This document shows, in pieces, positions 39,722 through 49,940 of a stretch of DNA of 64,000 nt; position 1 is the first letter of the stretch, and each line of letters starts with the position of its first letter. The notes under the pieces were generated by a model. That model saw only the letters and a program-made list of their open reading frames with translations. It searched no databases and had not been told where the DNA came from. Origin of the DNA: Methanotrichaceae archaeon (GTDB taxonomy: Archaea > Halobacteriota > Methanosarcinia > Methanotrichales > Methanotrichaceae); contig CAWDLW010000017.1 in the NCBI GenBank assembly GCA_963803145.1, positions 96,001 to 160,000 of the forward strand, in the 5' to 3' direction. The position numbers and the translations under genes are program-made.

Positions 39722-39843
39722 TCTACTCCTCCTAAATCCTTTTTGAGATGGTTAATTTTGAATACTTTCTTGCAGGCTGAATGACTAAGCGGATGATATT
39801 TAAAGGCTAAAATCATGATAATTGGTGGAGGGATACATCCGAT

Positions 39844-40551
39844 ATGGCGACTGCACCTGTGTGGCAATATGACGAAATGAAGTTTTGTGGTGTAGATTTT
39901 TCTCAAATGGATGAAGTGGCTGCATATGATAACATGCACAAGAAGTTTCGCGACTACGCCGAGGCAAGCGAGGAGATCATCCGACGGTTATCCTTGAATT
40001 CCGATAGCACTGTAATCGACCTGGGATGTGGCACAGGAGCTTTTGCACTTCATGCGGCGAACAAATGCCGCACCATTTATGCTGTCGATGCATCCGATGC
40101 GATGCTTGAATACTGCAGGAAACAAGGAGAACAAAAAGGCCTCACCAATATCGTATATAGCCATAGTGGTTTGCTCTCTTATGAACACGTGGGTGAACTG
40201 GCGGATGCCGCTGTGTGTGTTGCAGTGCTTCACCATCTTCCTGATTATTGGAAGCAGGTAGCGCTCACGAGGGTGTGCGGGATGCTCAAACCGAAGGGCA
40301 GACTCCTCCTGTTTGACATCGTTTTTCCTTCAGGCATAAATAACCTTCAATATGAAATTGATGAATGGATAAATGCCGTCAAAGCAATGGCAGATGCTAG
40401 ACTGGCACAAGAAGCCATAATTCATGTAAAGAACGAGTTCAGTACATACGACTGGATTATGGAAGGAATGATCAGAAGGGGCGGACTGCAGATCGATACT
40501 GCAGAATATGGCAAAGGCTTTCAGGCAACCTACTTATGCACAAAGCGATAA
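39844..40551 (+). CDS. Class I SAM-dependent methyltransferase
   Basis: VIDLGCGTG, VLHHL, LKPKG. Confidence 0.9.
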   Translation: MATAPVWQYDEMKFCGVDFSQMDEVAAYDNMHKKFRDYAEASEEIIRRLSLNSDSTVIDLGCGTGAFALHAANKCRTIYAVDASDAMLEYCRKQGEQKGLTNIVYSHSGLLSYEHVGELADAAVCVAVLHHLPDYWKQVALTRVCGMLKPKGRLLLFDIVFPSGINNLQYEIDEWINAVKAMADARLAQEAIIHVKNEFSTYDWIMEGMIRRGGLQIDTAEYGKGFQATYLCTKR

Positions 40552-40762
40552 GCAGCTACAGCATATAAACTATCAGCCAGCTGTTTGAGGTAAAAGGGCA
40601 TGTACTGTTGCATCTTATGGCGGTGAAGTTGGAAACCGCTATTTTTGTTTTAGCTACTACTAAAAAAAGCGAACATGCTCAATAACTTATTGGGACTTTC
40701 TATACTGATCAGACAAAATCGCCATATACCATCAAGGGAGCATATCCTATGAGGCACTAAAA

Positions 40763-41341
40763 ATGAAAGTTATCGCATTCAATGGAAGTCCCCACAAAGA
40801 GGGCAATACATACCATTTGATCCGTCACACGTTGGATGAGATAGAGAAGGCCGGGATCAAAACAGAGATTATCCAAATAGGCGGAGAGAAGGTTCATCCA
40901 TGCACCGCATGCGGGAAATGCTTTGAGAAGAACAACCGACAGTGTGTGCAGGATGACGATCCGGTAAATGATTGCATCGTAAAGATGGTTGAAGCCGATG
41001 CCATCATAATTGCAACCCCCACGTATTTTGCCGGTGTCACCCCGGAGATCAAGGCGTTCATGGACAGGGCATTTTTTGTCGCTATAGCAAACGGGGGACT
41101 CTTCCGACAGAAACTCGGTGCAGGAATAGCAGCCGAGAGACGGTCTGGAGCCGTATGTGCTGTTGATACCATCAACCACTACTTCGGTATAAGCGGTATG
41201 TTTTCTGCAGGATCTCGTTATTGGAATAATGCGAAGGGCCTCAGGCCCGGCGATGTCGAAAACGATGAAGAGGGTGTTGACACAATGCATCAGTTAGGCG
41301 AAAACATTGCTTGGTTCGTCAAGAGAATTAACAGGCAATAA
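40763..41341 (+). CDS. Iron-sulfur flavoprotein (Isf family)
   Basis: FNGSPHKEGNT, CTACGKC-x6-C, TPTYF, KAFMDR, RRSGA. Confidence 0.88.
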   Translation: MKVIAFNGSPHKEGNTYHLIRHTLDEIEKAGIKTEIIQIGGEKVHPCTACGKCFEKNNRQCVQDDDPVNDCIVKMVEADAIIIATPTYFAGVTPEIKAFMDRAFFVAIANGGLFRQKLGAGIAAERRSGAVCAVDTINHYFGISGMFSAGSRYWNNAKGLRPGDVENDEEGVDTMHQLGENIAWFVKRINRQ

Positions 41342-41399
41342 TTTTTAGAAATTGGATTTATGAATCAGGTCACAGATAGGTTTATATATATCTATTATT

Positions 41400-41414
41400 G
41401 ACTGATAATCAGTC
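41400..41414. promoter_or_regulatory. Putative TetR operator (copy 1)
   Basis: GACTGAT-A-ATCAGTC perfect palindrome between TATA (41381) and tetR start. Confidence 0.7.
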
Positions 41415-41423
41415 GAATAAATT

Positions 41424-42014
41424 ATGACGTCTGCAAGAAGAGTTACAAAGGGTCCTGAAGAGAGAAAAAGCGAGCTGATCGGTACCGCAGAACGGCTTTT
41501 TCTGGAGCGAGGGTATGAGAATACCACCGTTAGCGATATAGTCAAAGAGGTTAAAGTCGCTCAAGGTACCTTCTACTACTATTTTGCCTCCAAGCAGGAT
41601 ATCCTCAATGCAGTGATAGAGCGAGAGATCGATGAGCCGGAGAGGGAGGTCATGCACATCGCCTGCGGCGAGGGAGATGCCGCAGCCAAACTCAAGGAGA
41701 TTGCAAATGTGATCCTTCATTTTCAGACTGCCAAAAGAGGTCTGATTGAGCATGTGCATGAAGAGAGCAATGCCATCATGCACGAGAAGATGGAGAGAAG
41801 AATCATAGCCAGGCTGGCTCCAACAATATCTGAAGTTGTGGAGGACGGCGTTTCCGAAGGGCTCATGAGCACAGACTACCCTGAGGAGACAGCTGAATTC
41901 ATGATTGCTGCAATAATCTTCCTCTTCCATCAGCCAGATATTGATGCGGATAGGCGGGAGAGACTGCACGCCGCTTTAGAGAAGATACTCATAAGAATAT
42001 TTGGAATTAGATAA
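41424..42014 (+). CDS. TetR/AcrR family regulator
   Basis: LF..RGYENTTVSDI...VAQGTFYYYFASK HTH. Confidence 0.93.
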   Translation: MTSARRVTKGPEERKSELIGTAERLFLERGYENTTVSDIVKEVKVAQGTFYYYFASKQDILNAVIEREIDEPEREVMHIACGEGDAAAKLKEIANVILHFQTAKRGLIEHVHEESNAIMHEKMERRIIARLAPTISEVVEDGVSEGLMSTDYPEETAEFMIAAIIFLFHQPDIDADRRERLHAALEKILIRIFGIR

Positions 42015-42075
42015 ATCAAAAAGATGATTTGTACTATCAATATTGGCGATATAATATGAAAATAATGGTGTAAAG

Positions 42076-42486
42076 ATGAAATTAATTAGGATCGGCATAA
42101 GCATAACCATATTAGCATCAATTTTCATGTTAACAGTAGCTTCGCAGGCTGCAAACCCGCTGGATGCTATCGCATCGCAGGTCAGCAAGCAGGCATATAT
42201 TGCCCAGCAAAATTCGACACAGAATGCAGTCGAACACTTCGTCCAAGGAAACTTGACCCAAGAACATCTTCAGCAGGATATCAATTCTACAAAGGTGCAG
42301 ATTAAACAAAGAGCTGAAGAGATTGTCAAGCAACAAGTGAATAACACGACGGCACAGATCCAACAGAAGGCACAAGAGGAAATAAATAAGCAGGTGAATA
42401 AGAGCTTTCAGCAGCCTGGATTCGAGCTTGTATTTGCCTTGATGATCGTCCTTCTAACAGCTTATCTTCTCAGGAGATTTGCTTGA
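42076..42486 (+). CDS. Gln-rich surface protein with PGF-CTERM sorting signal
   Basis: Signal peptide; QPGF, TM helix, RR tail (archaeosortase A substrate pattern). Confidence 0.82.
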   Translation: MKLIRIGISITILASIFMLTVASQAANPLDAIASQVSKQAYIAQQNSTQNAVEHFVQGNLTQEHLQQDINSTKVQIKQRAEEIVKQQVNNTTAQIQQKAQEEINKQVNKSFQQPGFELVFALMIVLLTAYLLRRFA

Positions 42487-42541
42487 ACTAACTTGAATTT
42501 ATCGGAAGGTTAAAAGGGATATGCCTTTATATTATAAAATC

Positions 42542-42556
42542 GACTGATTATCAGTC
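42542..42556. promoter_or_regulatory. Putative TetR operator (copy 2)
   Basis: GACTGAT-T-ATCAGTC just downstream of TTTATA at 42526, upstream of CDF gene. Confidence 0.7.
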
Positions 42557-42562
42557 AGATAT

Positions 42563-43561
42563 TTGGATAGGATCTTCGATATGGTGAGTGAGCAGGAAAT
42601 AGAGGATAAGCGGAAAGTATCAGTCGCGTTACTATCGGTGGCATCAAACAGCATCCTTGTGCTGCTTAAACTGATAGTAGGCTTAATGATTGGATCTGTA
42701 TCAGTGATCTCTGAGGCGATCCACTCCAGCGTGGATCTTCTAGCTGCCTTGATAGCAATGCTCGCGGTGAAGACATCCGGAAAACCCGCAGACAAGGATC
42801 ATCCATTCGGGCACGGCAAGTTTGAGAACATTTCAGGCACTGTAGAGGCTTTGCTTATATTTGTGGCAGCCGCATGGATCATCTTCGAGGCTATACAGAA
42901 GCTACAAAATGCAACGCCCTTGGATGAGGCTGGGTGGGGCGTTGCAGTTATGCTAATATCCGCAGCAGCAAACATCATTGTCTCACGCAGGCTTTTTCAT
43001 GTGGGCAAGGAGACTGATTCTGTTGCATTGCAGGCAGACGCTTGGCATCTGCGCACCGATATTTACACCTCGATTGGCGTGATGTTCGGCCTTGGGATAG
43101 TCTGGATCGGAGGGATACTAGCACCTGGGCTGGATCTTCGGTGGATCGATCCTCTTGTGGCGATATTTGTGGCGCTTCTTATCATAAGGGCCGCATATCA
43201 CCTGGTAATCGAATCGGCACGCGATCTTCTGGATGCAAGCCTTCCCCCTGATGAGGAGGATACGATCAGAAGGCACATTAAGGCATTTGCTCCGACAGTT
43301 CGTGGCGTCCATAGATTGCGGACGCGAAAGTCGGGCTCCTACAGGTTTGTGGAGTTCCACGTACGTGTTGACGCTAATATGTCAATAGATGAGTCTCACA
43401 GGATCGCTGATATGATGACCTGTTCCATAAAGCAATGCTATCCTGGCACCACTGTTACTATTCACATAGAGCCCTGCAATTGCGCCTTGGCCAAAGATGA
43501 CTCCTGCGGTTGCCTATTGAGTGATGAGGAGAAGAGGAATATCCAGATGAAAGATAGCTAA
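42563..43561 (+). CDS. Cation diffusion facilitator (FieF-like)
   Basis: SEAIHS, HPFGHGKFE, DAWHLRTD, IHIEP; true start may be ATG 42581. Confidence 0.92.
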   Translation: MDRIFDMVSEQEIEDKRKVSVALLSVASNSILVLLKLIVGLMIGSVSVISEAIHSSVDLLAALIAMLAVKTSGKPADKDHPFGHGKFENISGTVEALLIFVAAAWIIFEAIQKLQNATPLDEAGWGVAVMLISAAANIIVSRRLFHVGKETDSVALQADAWHLRTDIYTSIGVMFGLGIVWIGGILAPGLDLRWIDPLVAIFVALLIIRAAYHLVIESARDLLDASLPPDEEDTIRRHIKAFAPTVRGVHRLRTRKSGSYRFVEFHVRVDANMSIDESHRIADMMTCSIKQCYPGTTVTIHIEPCNCALAKDDSCGCLLSDEEKRNIQMKDS

Positions 43562-43569
43562 GTGATAAT

Positions 43570-44019
43570 ATGTTAGAGAAAATAATGATTGCAACAGATG
43601 GGTCGGAGGCCAGCAGAAAGGCTGCCACAGTTGGAGTTGATATTGCGCGCATTTCCTGTTCAGAGGTTACAGCGGTATACGTGGTGGATACCCAGAGGCT
43701 GAACAGCCTGCACGGCTATACATCCCTTCCGGGCTTGAAAGACAGGCTCCTTGATATGATGCTTCGGGAAGGCGAATCTGCTACGTCAGAGGTAGCTAAG
43801 ATGGCATCCGATGTGGGGCTCTCCTCAAACAAGGTAGTTGCAGAGGGAGATCCAAGCTCAGAGCTTCTCAGGATTTCTCAAGAATCATGTATTGATCTGC
43901 TAGTCATAGGAGGCATCGGTCGGAGTGGACTGAGAAAGCTTCTTTTGGGCAGTGTGGCTGAGAAGGTTACCAGATATTCTAAGGTTCCTGTCCTGCTCGT
44001 GCCTATCATCGATTTGTAA
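43570..44019 (+). CDS. Universal stress protein
   Basis: IATDGS, G-x-x-GRSGL-x-x-LLLGSVAEKV, PVLLV. Confidence 0.92.
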   Translation: MLEKIMIATDGSEASRKAATVGVDIARISCSEVTAVYVVDTQRLNSLHGYTSLPGLKDRLLDMMLREGESATSEVAKMASDVGLSSNKVVAEGDPSSELLRISQESCIDLLVIGGIGRSGLRKLLLGSVAEKVTRYSKVPVLLVPIIDL

Positions 44020-44274
44020 ATTGCTTTCCTATGATTTGACATGTATAAGATAAGTTTAGTAGAATCCACAAACATTGATGATGGTGGTTGAGTCTGTGGA
44101 GCCATAAAGAAGACCATTGCCGTAGCGTATCTAAGATCGCTAAACAAATCTGATTATAACAGCACTAATTGCAGTAAATAGTTAAATGTTACATTTCACT
44201 CAGTCAGATAATCGATGGATACAAAATATTAAAAATGTATGCAAAGGGCGATGTAAGCTAGGGTCGAAATCTAT

Positions 44275-44478
44275 CTATTTTACTTCGACCTTCACTGGTC
44301 TAATATTTTCCCTGATCTTCTTTTCCGTTTCGGCAGGCATTTCATTCATGCCATGGGCCTTCTCAGTATGCAGCATCGCATGCTGCATGACCTCTTCATC
44401 GGTCTTTGCACGTACCCAAAAATCGCAGCCTGGGCCTATATGGCTGCAAATAAACTCTCTATAACTTTCCTCTGCCAT
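44275..44478 (-). CDS. Small DUF1059-like metal-binding protein
   Basis: C-x5-CDF, EEV-x5-H-x3-H pattern. Confidence 0.75.
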   Translation of the reverse strand: MAEESYREFICSHIGPGCDFWVRAKTDEEVMQHAMLHTEKAHGMNEMPAETEKKIRENIRPVKVEVK

Positions 44479-44747
44479 ATGTATAACTTCTTCTTATAAC
44501 ATTAAAAGTCTTTCTAAAATAATATAATGGTAATTAAACAAGCGGTTGGTGGGGCATATTAATTCTAAACTTTATATACATTAGGTTGTGCCAAATAGGG
44601 TTTTGTTATAGATAGTGCCATAGATATAAAAAATTGATTTTCCGTTCTCATCAGGAACAATGAACTTCTAAGGCAACACTTAATTGGACAAAATATGAGA
44701 ACTTAGGTGCTTATGATTATTCTATGGCGGGAATTAGAACTAAAAGA

Positions 44748-45236
44748 TCATTTTTTAATTTCTTCTAGAGCCATTTTCAGCTTCTCATAAGTTGCTTCTA
44801 AATGTTCAGAGATGACCCTTGTGTCAGAAAGCACGGGCATGAAATTAGTATCGCCGTTCCAGCGTGGAACTACATGTAGGTGAATATGATCCGCTATGCC
44901 AGCGCCTGCTACTTGGCCCATATTTATCCCCAGGTTAAAGCCGTCAGGTTTCATGGCTACTTTGAGCATATTTACAGCCAGATCCGCGAGCACCATAAAC
45001 TCATTGTGTTCCTCTGAGGACCAGCCAGCTAGCGTAGATGTATGCCTGTAGGGAACTATCATCATATGGCCGTTGTTATAAGGAAATGCGTTCATAATTA
45101 TAAAATGGTGTTTTCCCCGATAAAGGATCAGATTTTCCTGATCTTTATTTTCCCGGGGCTTATCGCAAAATATGCATCCTGGAGCCTTCTTACTGAGAAT
45201 ATATTCAATCCTCCATGGCGCCCATAAATTCTCCAT
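44748..45236 (-). CDS. HIT-family nucleotide hydrolase/phosphorylase
   Basis: LWAPWR, CIFC, PYNNGH, HIHLHVVPRW-x-GD. Confidence 0.9.
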   Translation of the reverse strand: MENLWAPWRIEYILSKKAPGCIFCDKPRENKDQENLILYRGKHHFIIMNAFPYNNGHMMIVPYRHTSTLAGWSSEEHNEFMVLADLAVNMLKVAMKPDGFNLGINMGQVAGAGIADHIHLHVVPRWNGDTNFMPVLSDTRVISEHLEATYEKLKMALEEIKK

Positions 45237-45243
45237 TCCAATC

Positions 45244-45873
45244 TCACATCCCTTTATCCTCAAAAACCATCTTGCGACCAATGATTTTGGGCTTGCCTTC
45301 AATGAACATCTTTAAGGCCTTTGGATACGCCTTATATTCCGCCCTTTGTACTCTAGCCTTCAGGCTCTCGTATGTATCGTTCTCCTTTACTCGCACTGGA
45401 ACCTGATATATGATCGGACCATGGTCCACATCCTCATCGACTATATGGATTGTAGTGCCGGTCCATTTCACCCCATAGTTTAAGGCCTGCTGGAATGCAT
45501 TCACGCCCCGGAAGGATGGCAAGAGGGCAGGATGAATATTCAATATCCGGTTCTTATAATGCTCGACAAAGGATGAGGACAGGATTCTCATATATCCTGA
45601 AAGGACAACTAGATCTACGCCTGCAGAATCCAGATGTTCCATCATTACCTTATCATATGCCTCTCGACTCAGCCCTGATGGGTCTAGGTAAAGGGACTTT
45701 ACGCCATACTCACTTGCGATCCTCGAAGCCCCTGCGTCCATTTGATCCGTCAGCACTATCCCAATATATGCTGGCAGATATCCTGTGCGTGTTGCCTCGA
45801 TGATGTAACGGATATTCTCGCCCCTCCCCGAGGATATGATGCCTATGATAATGGTCTTTTCCGTCTTGCTCAA
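45244..45873 (-). CDS. purN: Phosphoribosylglycinamide formyltransferase
   Basis: SGRGEN, LSGYMRIL, NIHPALLPSF, G-x-T-x-H, DHGPII. Confidence 0.93.
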   Translation of the reverse strand: MSKTEKTIIIGIISSGRGENIRYIIEATRTGYLPAYIGIVLTDQMDAGASRIASEYGVKSLYLDPSGLSREAYDKVMMEHLDSAGVDLVVLSGYMRILSSSFVEHYKNRILNIHPALLPSFRGVNAFQQALNYGVKWTGTTIHIVDEDVDHGPIIYQVPVRVKENDTYESLKARVQRAEYKAYPKALKMFIEGKPKIIGRKMVFEDKGM

Positions 45874-45977
45874 AACTTATAACCCCGGCAGAGGAGAATC
45901 CGTCAACCCGTATAATGCTTTACGATTTCTGAATCACGGATTTTAAGCAATTCTATCGAGCTATAGTCTACTGGGGT

Positions 45978-46256
45978 TCAGGCGGTTGGCTTGCTAAGGG
46001 TAATCTCTATTGCAGATACGTTGGTCTCTCCCCTGTCAGTATTCAGAGTTTCAGTTGAGATTTGTATCCCCTTTACTGATACATCAGGCAGGAATCTTGA
46101 TCTTGAGACTTCTGCAACGTCCACTGCTCTCGAAATCGCTCGACCCCTGGCCATTATTCTGACATCCTTTGCGCCACTGTTGAATTGCGTAACCACTGCA
46201 AGCACGTAGTTCATCACTGGTTTGTTGCCGACGAATACAACATCATCTTCTGCCAT
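45978..46256 (-). CDS. albA: DNA/RNA-binding protein Alba
   Basis: [32 protein letters not shown]. Confidence 0.96.
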   Translation of the reverse strand: MAEDDVVFVGNKPVMNYVLAVVTQFNSGAKDVRIMARGRAISRAVDVAEVSRSRFLPDVSVKGIQISTETLNTDRGETNVSAIEITLSKPTA

Positions 46257-46321
46257 TGGCTTATCACCCTGAAATTAAATTTGAACTAACTACCATTAAC
46301 TACATAAAGCTGGTGATATGA

Positions 46322-46894
46322 TTAGAGATACCTACCCCGCGCCTTGATCTCATTTACTCTATTGAATACTGCATCCGCTTCTTCATACGTCTTTGCATAT
46401 CCTCTTTTGAATGCCTCAATGAGGTTCTGGGAGTTATCATGAGTGCTCTTAAGTGTCTGGAAGTAGACATGTACATCTACTCCCTGTGCCTCGATAGAAT
46501 TCTCATAGAATGCAAGCCCAAAATCTATCAAATAAACTCTCTCTTCATATAAGATCATATTCGATGTTGTGAGATCTCCATGTATGATGCCTGCTTTATG
46601 AAGCTTGCCTACCGTCTCGCCCACTCTTTCAGAAAGCTCTGCGTCAATAATATCCTTTAGTCTTTTGCCATCAATGTGCTGCATATCCAGCTCGAACTTC
46701 AGGATATTGTATATTATGGGCGTTGGAACTCCATGTCTGCGTGCATCTGAGATTATGCGTGCCTCTCTCAAGGTTCTCTCCTGCCTGAGAACTTCATCCA
46801 ACTGCTCTAATCGGTAGCCTTTAGGAAGACGATATTTCTTTACATAGCCATCCTCTAGACTGATAACAGCCTCTGCACCTCGGCCTATCTCCAT
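46322..46894 (-). CDS. bud32: KEOPS-complex kinase Bud32
   Basis: GRGAEA, K-x-R-x-PKGYR, HGDLTTSN, IDFGL, RGRYL. Confidence 0.92.
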   Translation of the reverse strand: MEIGRGAEAVISLEDGYVKKYRLPKGYRLEQLDEVLRQERTLREARIISDARRHGVPTPIIYNILKFELDMQHIDGKRLKDIIDAELSERVGETVGKLHKAGIIHGDLTTSNMILYEERVYLIDFGLAFYENSIEAQGVDVHVYFQTLKSTHDNSQNLIEAFKRGYAKTYEEADAVFNRVNEIKARGRYL

Positions 46895-47922
46895 AGCAAC
46901 TCCCTCATCTCCCATGCCTTAAGCAATCCAATGCAGCCTGTGATCATCATATCTCCACCTGGGGCAGCAGCTACGGCATCTTCTAAGACGCCAGACTCTA
47001 GGAATGTATCTCTTCTCGGCCCTGTCACCATTGTAGATTCGATCTTTTCGGGAATGCCCCCTATATAAGCTCCATGGCCGCCATCATTGAAAACATCAGC
47101 GCTTCTTAAATCTCCGGAGCAGAACATACCCAGGTAGCTCTTGAGCTTTTCAGGAGATAATTGCGAAGTGTGATGCTCAAACAGAGATATGATCCTGCCG
47201 CCATTCAATATGGCGGCGACAGTATGACCATTGCCGAAGTTGATTATAAGAGCAGGCTCGATGCAGCGTGCGTCCATGCTCGCGCCGAAGATTGCAGCTG
47301 GGCCAGTATCCATCAAAATGGCCTTGAATCCTTCATTTTTGAGGTAATTCTTTACCGCCACCATTCTTGTCATATTTTCAGGCGGCATGCGATATGCAAA
47401 TGCTTCGATTGTGCCACCAGACGCTATTGCATTCGCCATATGCTCAAATCTGACAAGCCTGTTCGACCTATTCGGGGAATAGCCATGATCCTGCACTGCC
47501 ACGGCAATCTCTAAGGGGAGATGAATATTGAAGAGACCAAAGGCATTACAGAGGGCTGGAATATCGATATCGCCTGTCTTGATCACCTCCGCAGAGGCCG
47601 GTGCTTCCTCCTGGATAATGATCCCAAGCTTTTCCACGCGCTCCAAATTGTCATTTATTGTCGCTGCTGCAGTCGGCGTTGCATAGACCTTCAGGCCCGC
47701 CGCCAGATGACGCCTCACAGCAGAGACAGAGGCACCACCGCCCATAGTTGGCCCTTCAAGGAAAACATCATGGCAGCCATGTCTTGCATCATCGATTCTG
47801 CCTGCTATTATAGCCGTTTGGCTTGGAAGGATCATCTTTGTCGAGCCCTCTAGAGATATGTCCTCTCTATAGAGCAGTATGTCCTGCGTCCCTGCGCCGA
47901 CATCGATAGCTAGAAGGGGCAT
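46885..47922 (-). CDS. DUF1786-like ASKHA-fold protein
   Basis: IDVGAGTQDI, MGGG, AVQDHG, GNGHT, FEHHT, GDMMITGC. Confidence 0.75.
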   Translation of the reverse strand: MPLLAIDVGAGTQDILLYREDISLEGSTKMILPSQTAIIAGRIDDARHGCHDVFLEGPTMGGGASVSAVRRHLAAGLKVYATPTAAATINDNLERVEKLGIIIQEEAPASAEVIKTGDIDIPALCNAFGLFNIHLPLEIAVAVQDHGYSPNRSNRLVRFEHMANAIASGGTIEAFAYRMPPENMTRMVAVKNYLKNEGFKAILMDTGPAAIFGASMDARCIEPALIINFGNGHTVAAILNGGRIISLFEHHTSQLSPEKLKSYLGMFCSGDLRSADVFNDGGHGAYIGGIPEKIESTMVTGPRRDTFLESGVLEDAVAAAPGGDMMITGCIGLLKAWEMRELLWR

Positions 47923-47996
47923 ATGGCAAATTTTATCTCAAATGTTAATAAATGCATGGATAAGAATTTTATCCTTTTACGGAGATCCCTGAGATA

Positions 47997-48473
47997 ATGA
48001 TAATAGATGTTTTTATCGCGAGCACTTCCAGGTTCAAAAGATTTGGCTCTGTGGCTAAGCCTGCGGATGCCGATGATCTTTCAGGCAAGGTCATACTTGA
48101 TATGGTCAAGGCGGCAGGCTACGATGCAACTTACAAGCTTTTGCCGGATGGCATAGAGCCAATCCGTGAAGCAGTGCAGAAAAGCACTGCAGATGCAATA
48201 ATTATCTGTGGTGGCACTGGTCTCACTCATTTGGACTTGACAATTGAAGCAGTCGAGCCTTTATTCGAGAAGACGCTCCCTGGCTTTGGTGAGATATTTC
48301 GGTTACGCAGCCTTCAAGAGGTAGGTACTCGCGCTATCCTTACGCGTGCTATTGCAGGGGTAATAGAGAATAGACCTGTATTTTGCCTGCCTGGATCACC
48401 AAACGCTGCCAGGCTGGGCACGGATTTAATACTTGCAGAGATTGGGCATATTCTCACGCATATATTCGAATGA
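47997..48473 (+). CDS. moaB: Molybdenum cofactor biosynthesis protein MoaB/MogA
   Basis: DLSG, GGTG, D-x-T-x-EA, GFGE, LPGSP. Confidence 0.88.
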   Translation: MIIDVFIASTSRFKRFGSVAKPADADDLSGKVILDMVKAAGYDATYKLLPDGIEPIREAVQKSTADAIIICGGTGLTHLDLTIEAVEPLFEKTLPGFGEIFRLRSLQEVGTRAILTRAIAGVIENRPVFCLPGSPNAARLGTDLILAEIGHILTHIFE

Positions 48474-48575
48474 AGGATAATATAATATTATTCGTATTCA
48501 CTTTATAAGGTCGCAGTAGCCTTTTATATCTGTAGATTCTGATAAGGTTATGTAGATATCACGGAGAGTATAGCC

Positions 48576-49130
48576 ATGGAAACAGAGATTCCAGTTCGGG
48601 ATATAATGACCCGTCCAGTGATAACTGCCGGTGCCGATATAGACATCCATTCAGCAGCCAAAATCATGAGCACGGCTAATGTCGGAAGCCTTGTTATAGT
48701 CTCAGGAGCCAAGCCCGTAGGGATACTTACAGAAAGGGATTTGGTCAAAAAGATAGTAGCCCAAGCTGTCGATCCTAGGATGGTTAAGGTGGGTGAGATA
48801 ATGAATTCTCCATTAGCTACGATCTCTCCTGAAGCATCCTCGCGCGATGCAGCCGCCATTATGATAAAATCCGGAGTAAAAAGGCTCCCTGTGATATCGG
48901 ATGGAAAGCTCGTAGGAATAATAACAGATACCGATCTGGTCTCTGGATGCTCTCTCGGTCTGAGCGATGTTCTCAGCGATCTTCTTGATATGCACCGAGA
49001 GAGCATCCACTTCACCGAGTCCAGGGGGGTGGTGCGTGGTATTTGCGAGGTTTGCGGCCAGCTCTCTGATTCCCTGGAGAGTGTGAACGGCGAGCTTCTC
49101 TGCTGGAGCTGTAGAGACGGGAATAGATAA
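48576..49130 (+). CDS. CBS-pair protein with C-terminal zinc ribbon
   Basis: VRDIMT, GILTERD, GIITDTD; CEVC...CWSC. Confidence 0.9.
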   Translation: METEIPVRDIMTRPVITAGADIDIHSAAKIMSTANVGSLVIVSGAKPVGILTERDLVKKIVAQAVDPRMVKVGEIMNSPLATISPEASSRDAAAIMIKSGVKRLPVISDGKLVGIITDTDLVSGCSLGLSDVLSDLLDMHRESIHFTESRGVVRGICEVCGQLSDSLESVNGELLCWSCRDGNR

Positions 49131-49157
49131 ACAGTCGCTGGACAGCAGGAAATTGAT

Positions 49158-49940
49158 ATGTTGGTAGAAGATATTATGTCCAGAGATCCTCTCTACGTAG
49201 AGGATTCCACTTTTCTGACCAAGGCACGCCAGCTGATCAGGGATAACCATGTGCGCGGCCTGCCAGTCATGAACAGCCAGAGGCATGTAGCGGGTATTGT
49301 CACATCCCAGGACATGCTTCGTGTGACTTCGACAAGATCAAACATAACTGTGGCAGGGTTTACAACCGATGTGCCACTGATTACGGGGCAGACTGATATG
49401 CTTGAGGCAGCCAGACTTATGCTCACTGATAAGAGCGCCATTCTGCCTGTAATTCAATCGGAGGAGAACCCTATTCTGATAGGCGTTGTCAGCCTTCTTG
49501 ATGTATTTATGAATATTGATTCGGACAAATTACCGGATAAGCGGATATCCGAGATAATGAGCTCAGATGTTGTCACTGCGAGCCCAGATGATGCCATAAC
49601 CAAGGTCTGGAATAAAATGATAGACTCTGATTTCACAGGTCTGCCCGTAATCAAGGCTGGCAAGCCGATTGGTATGATAACAAGATTCGATATACTAAAA
49701 AGAGGATGGGCGAGGATAAGCAAGGAAGGTGATAGAAGGCCTGTTGATTCCACACAGATGCACGTGGAGAAACTTATGAGCACGCCTCTCTATAGGGTGT
49801 TGCCTGAGGACCGCCTGCTAACAGCATTGAAGGCAATGATGAACTACGATATAGGCAGAATATCTGTAGTAGATGGCGAGGGAAAGCTCGTTGGGATAGT
49901 CGATAGATATGATCTAATCAAAACCTACCTTGGTGTGTGA
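49158..49940 (+). CDS. CBS domain protein (4 CBS)
   Basis: LPV and GI-x-T-x-x-D repeats. Confidence 0.9.
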   Translation: MLVEDIMSRDPLYVEDSTFLTKARQLIRDNHVRGLPVMNSQRHVAGIVTSQDMLRVTSTRSNITVAGFTTDVPLITGQTDMLEAARLMLTDKSAILPVIQSEENPILIGVVSLLDVFMNIDSDKLPDKRISEIMSSDVVTASPDDAITKVWNKMIDSDFTGLPVIKAGKPIGMITRFDILKRGWARISKEGDRRPVDSTQMHVEKLMSTPLYRVLPEDRLLTALKAMMNYDIGRISVVDGEGKLVGIVDRYDLIKTYLGV

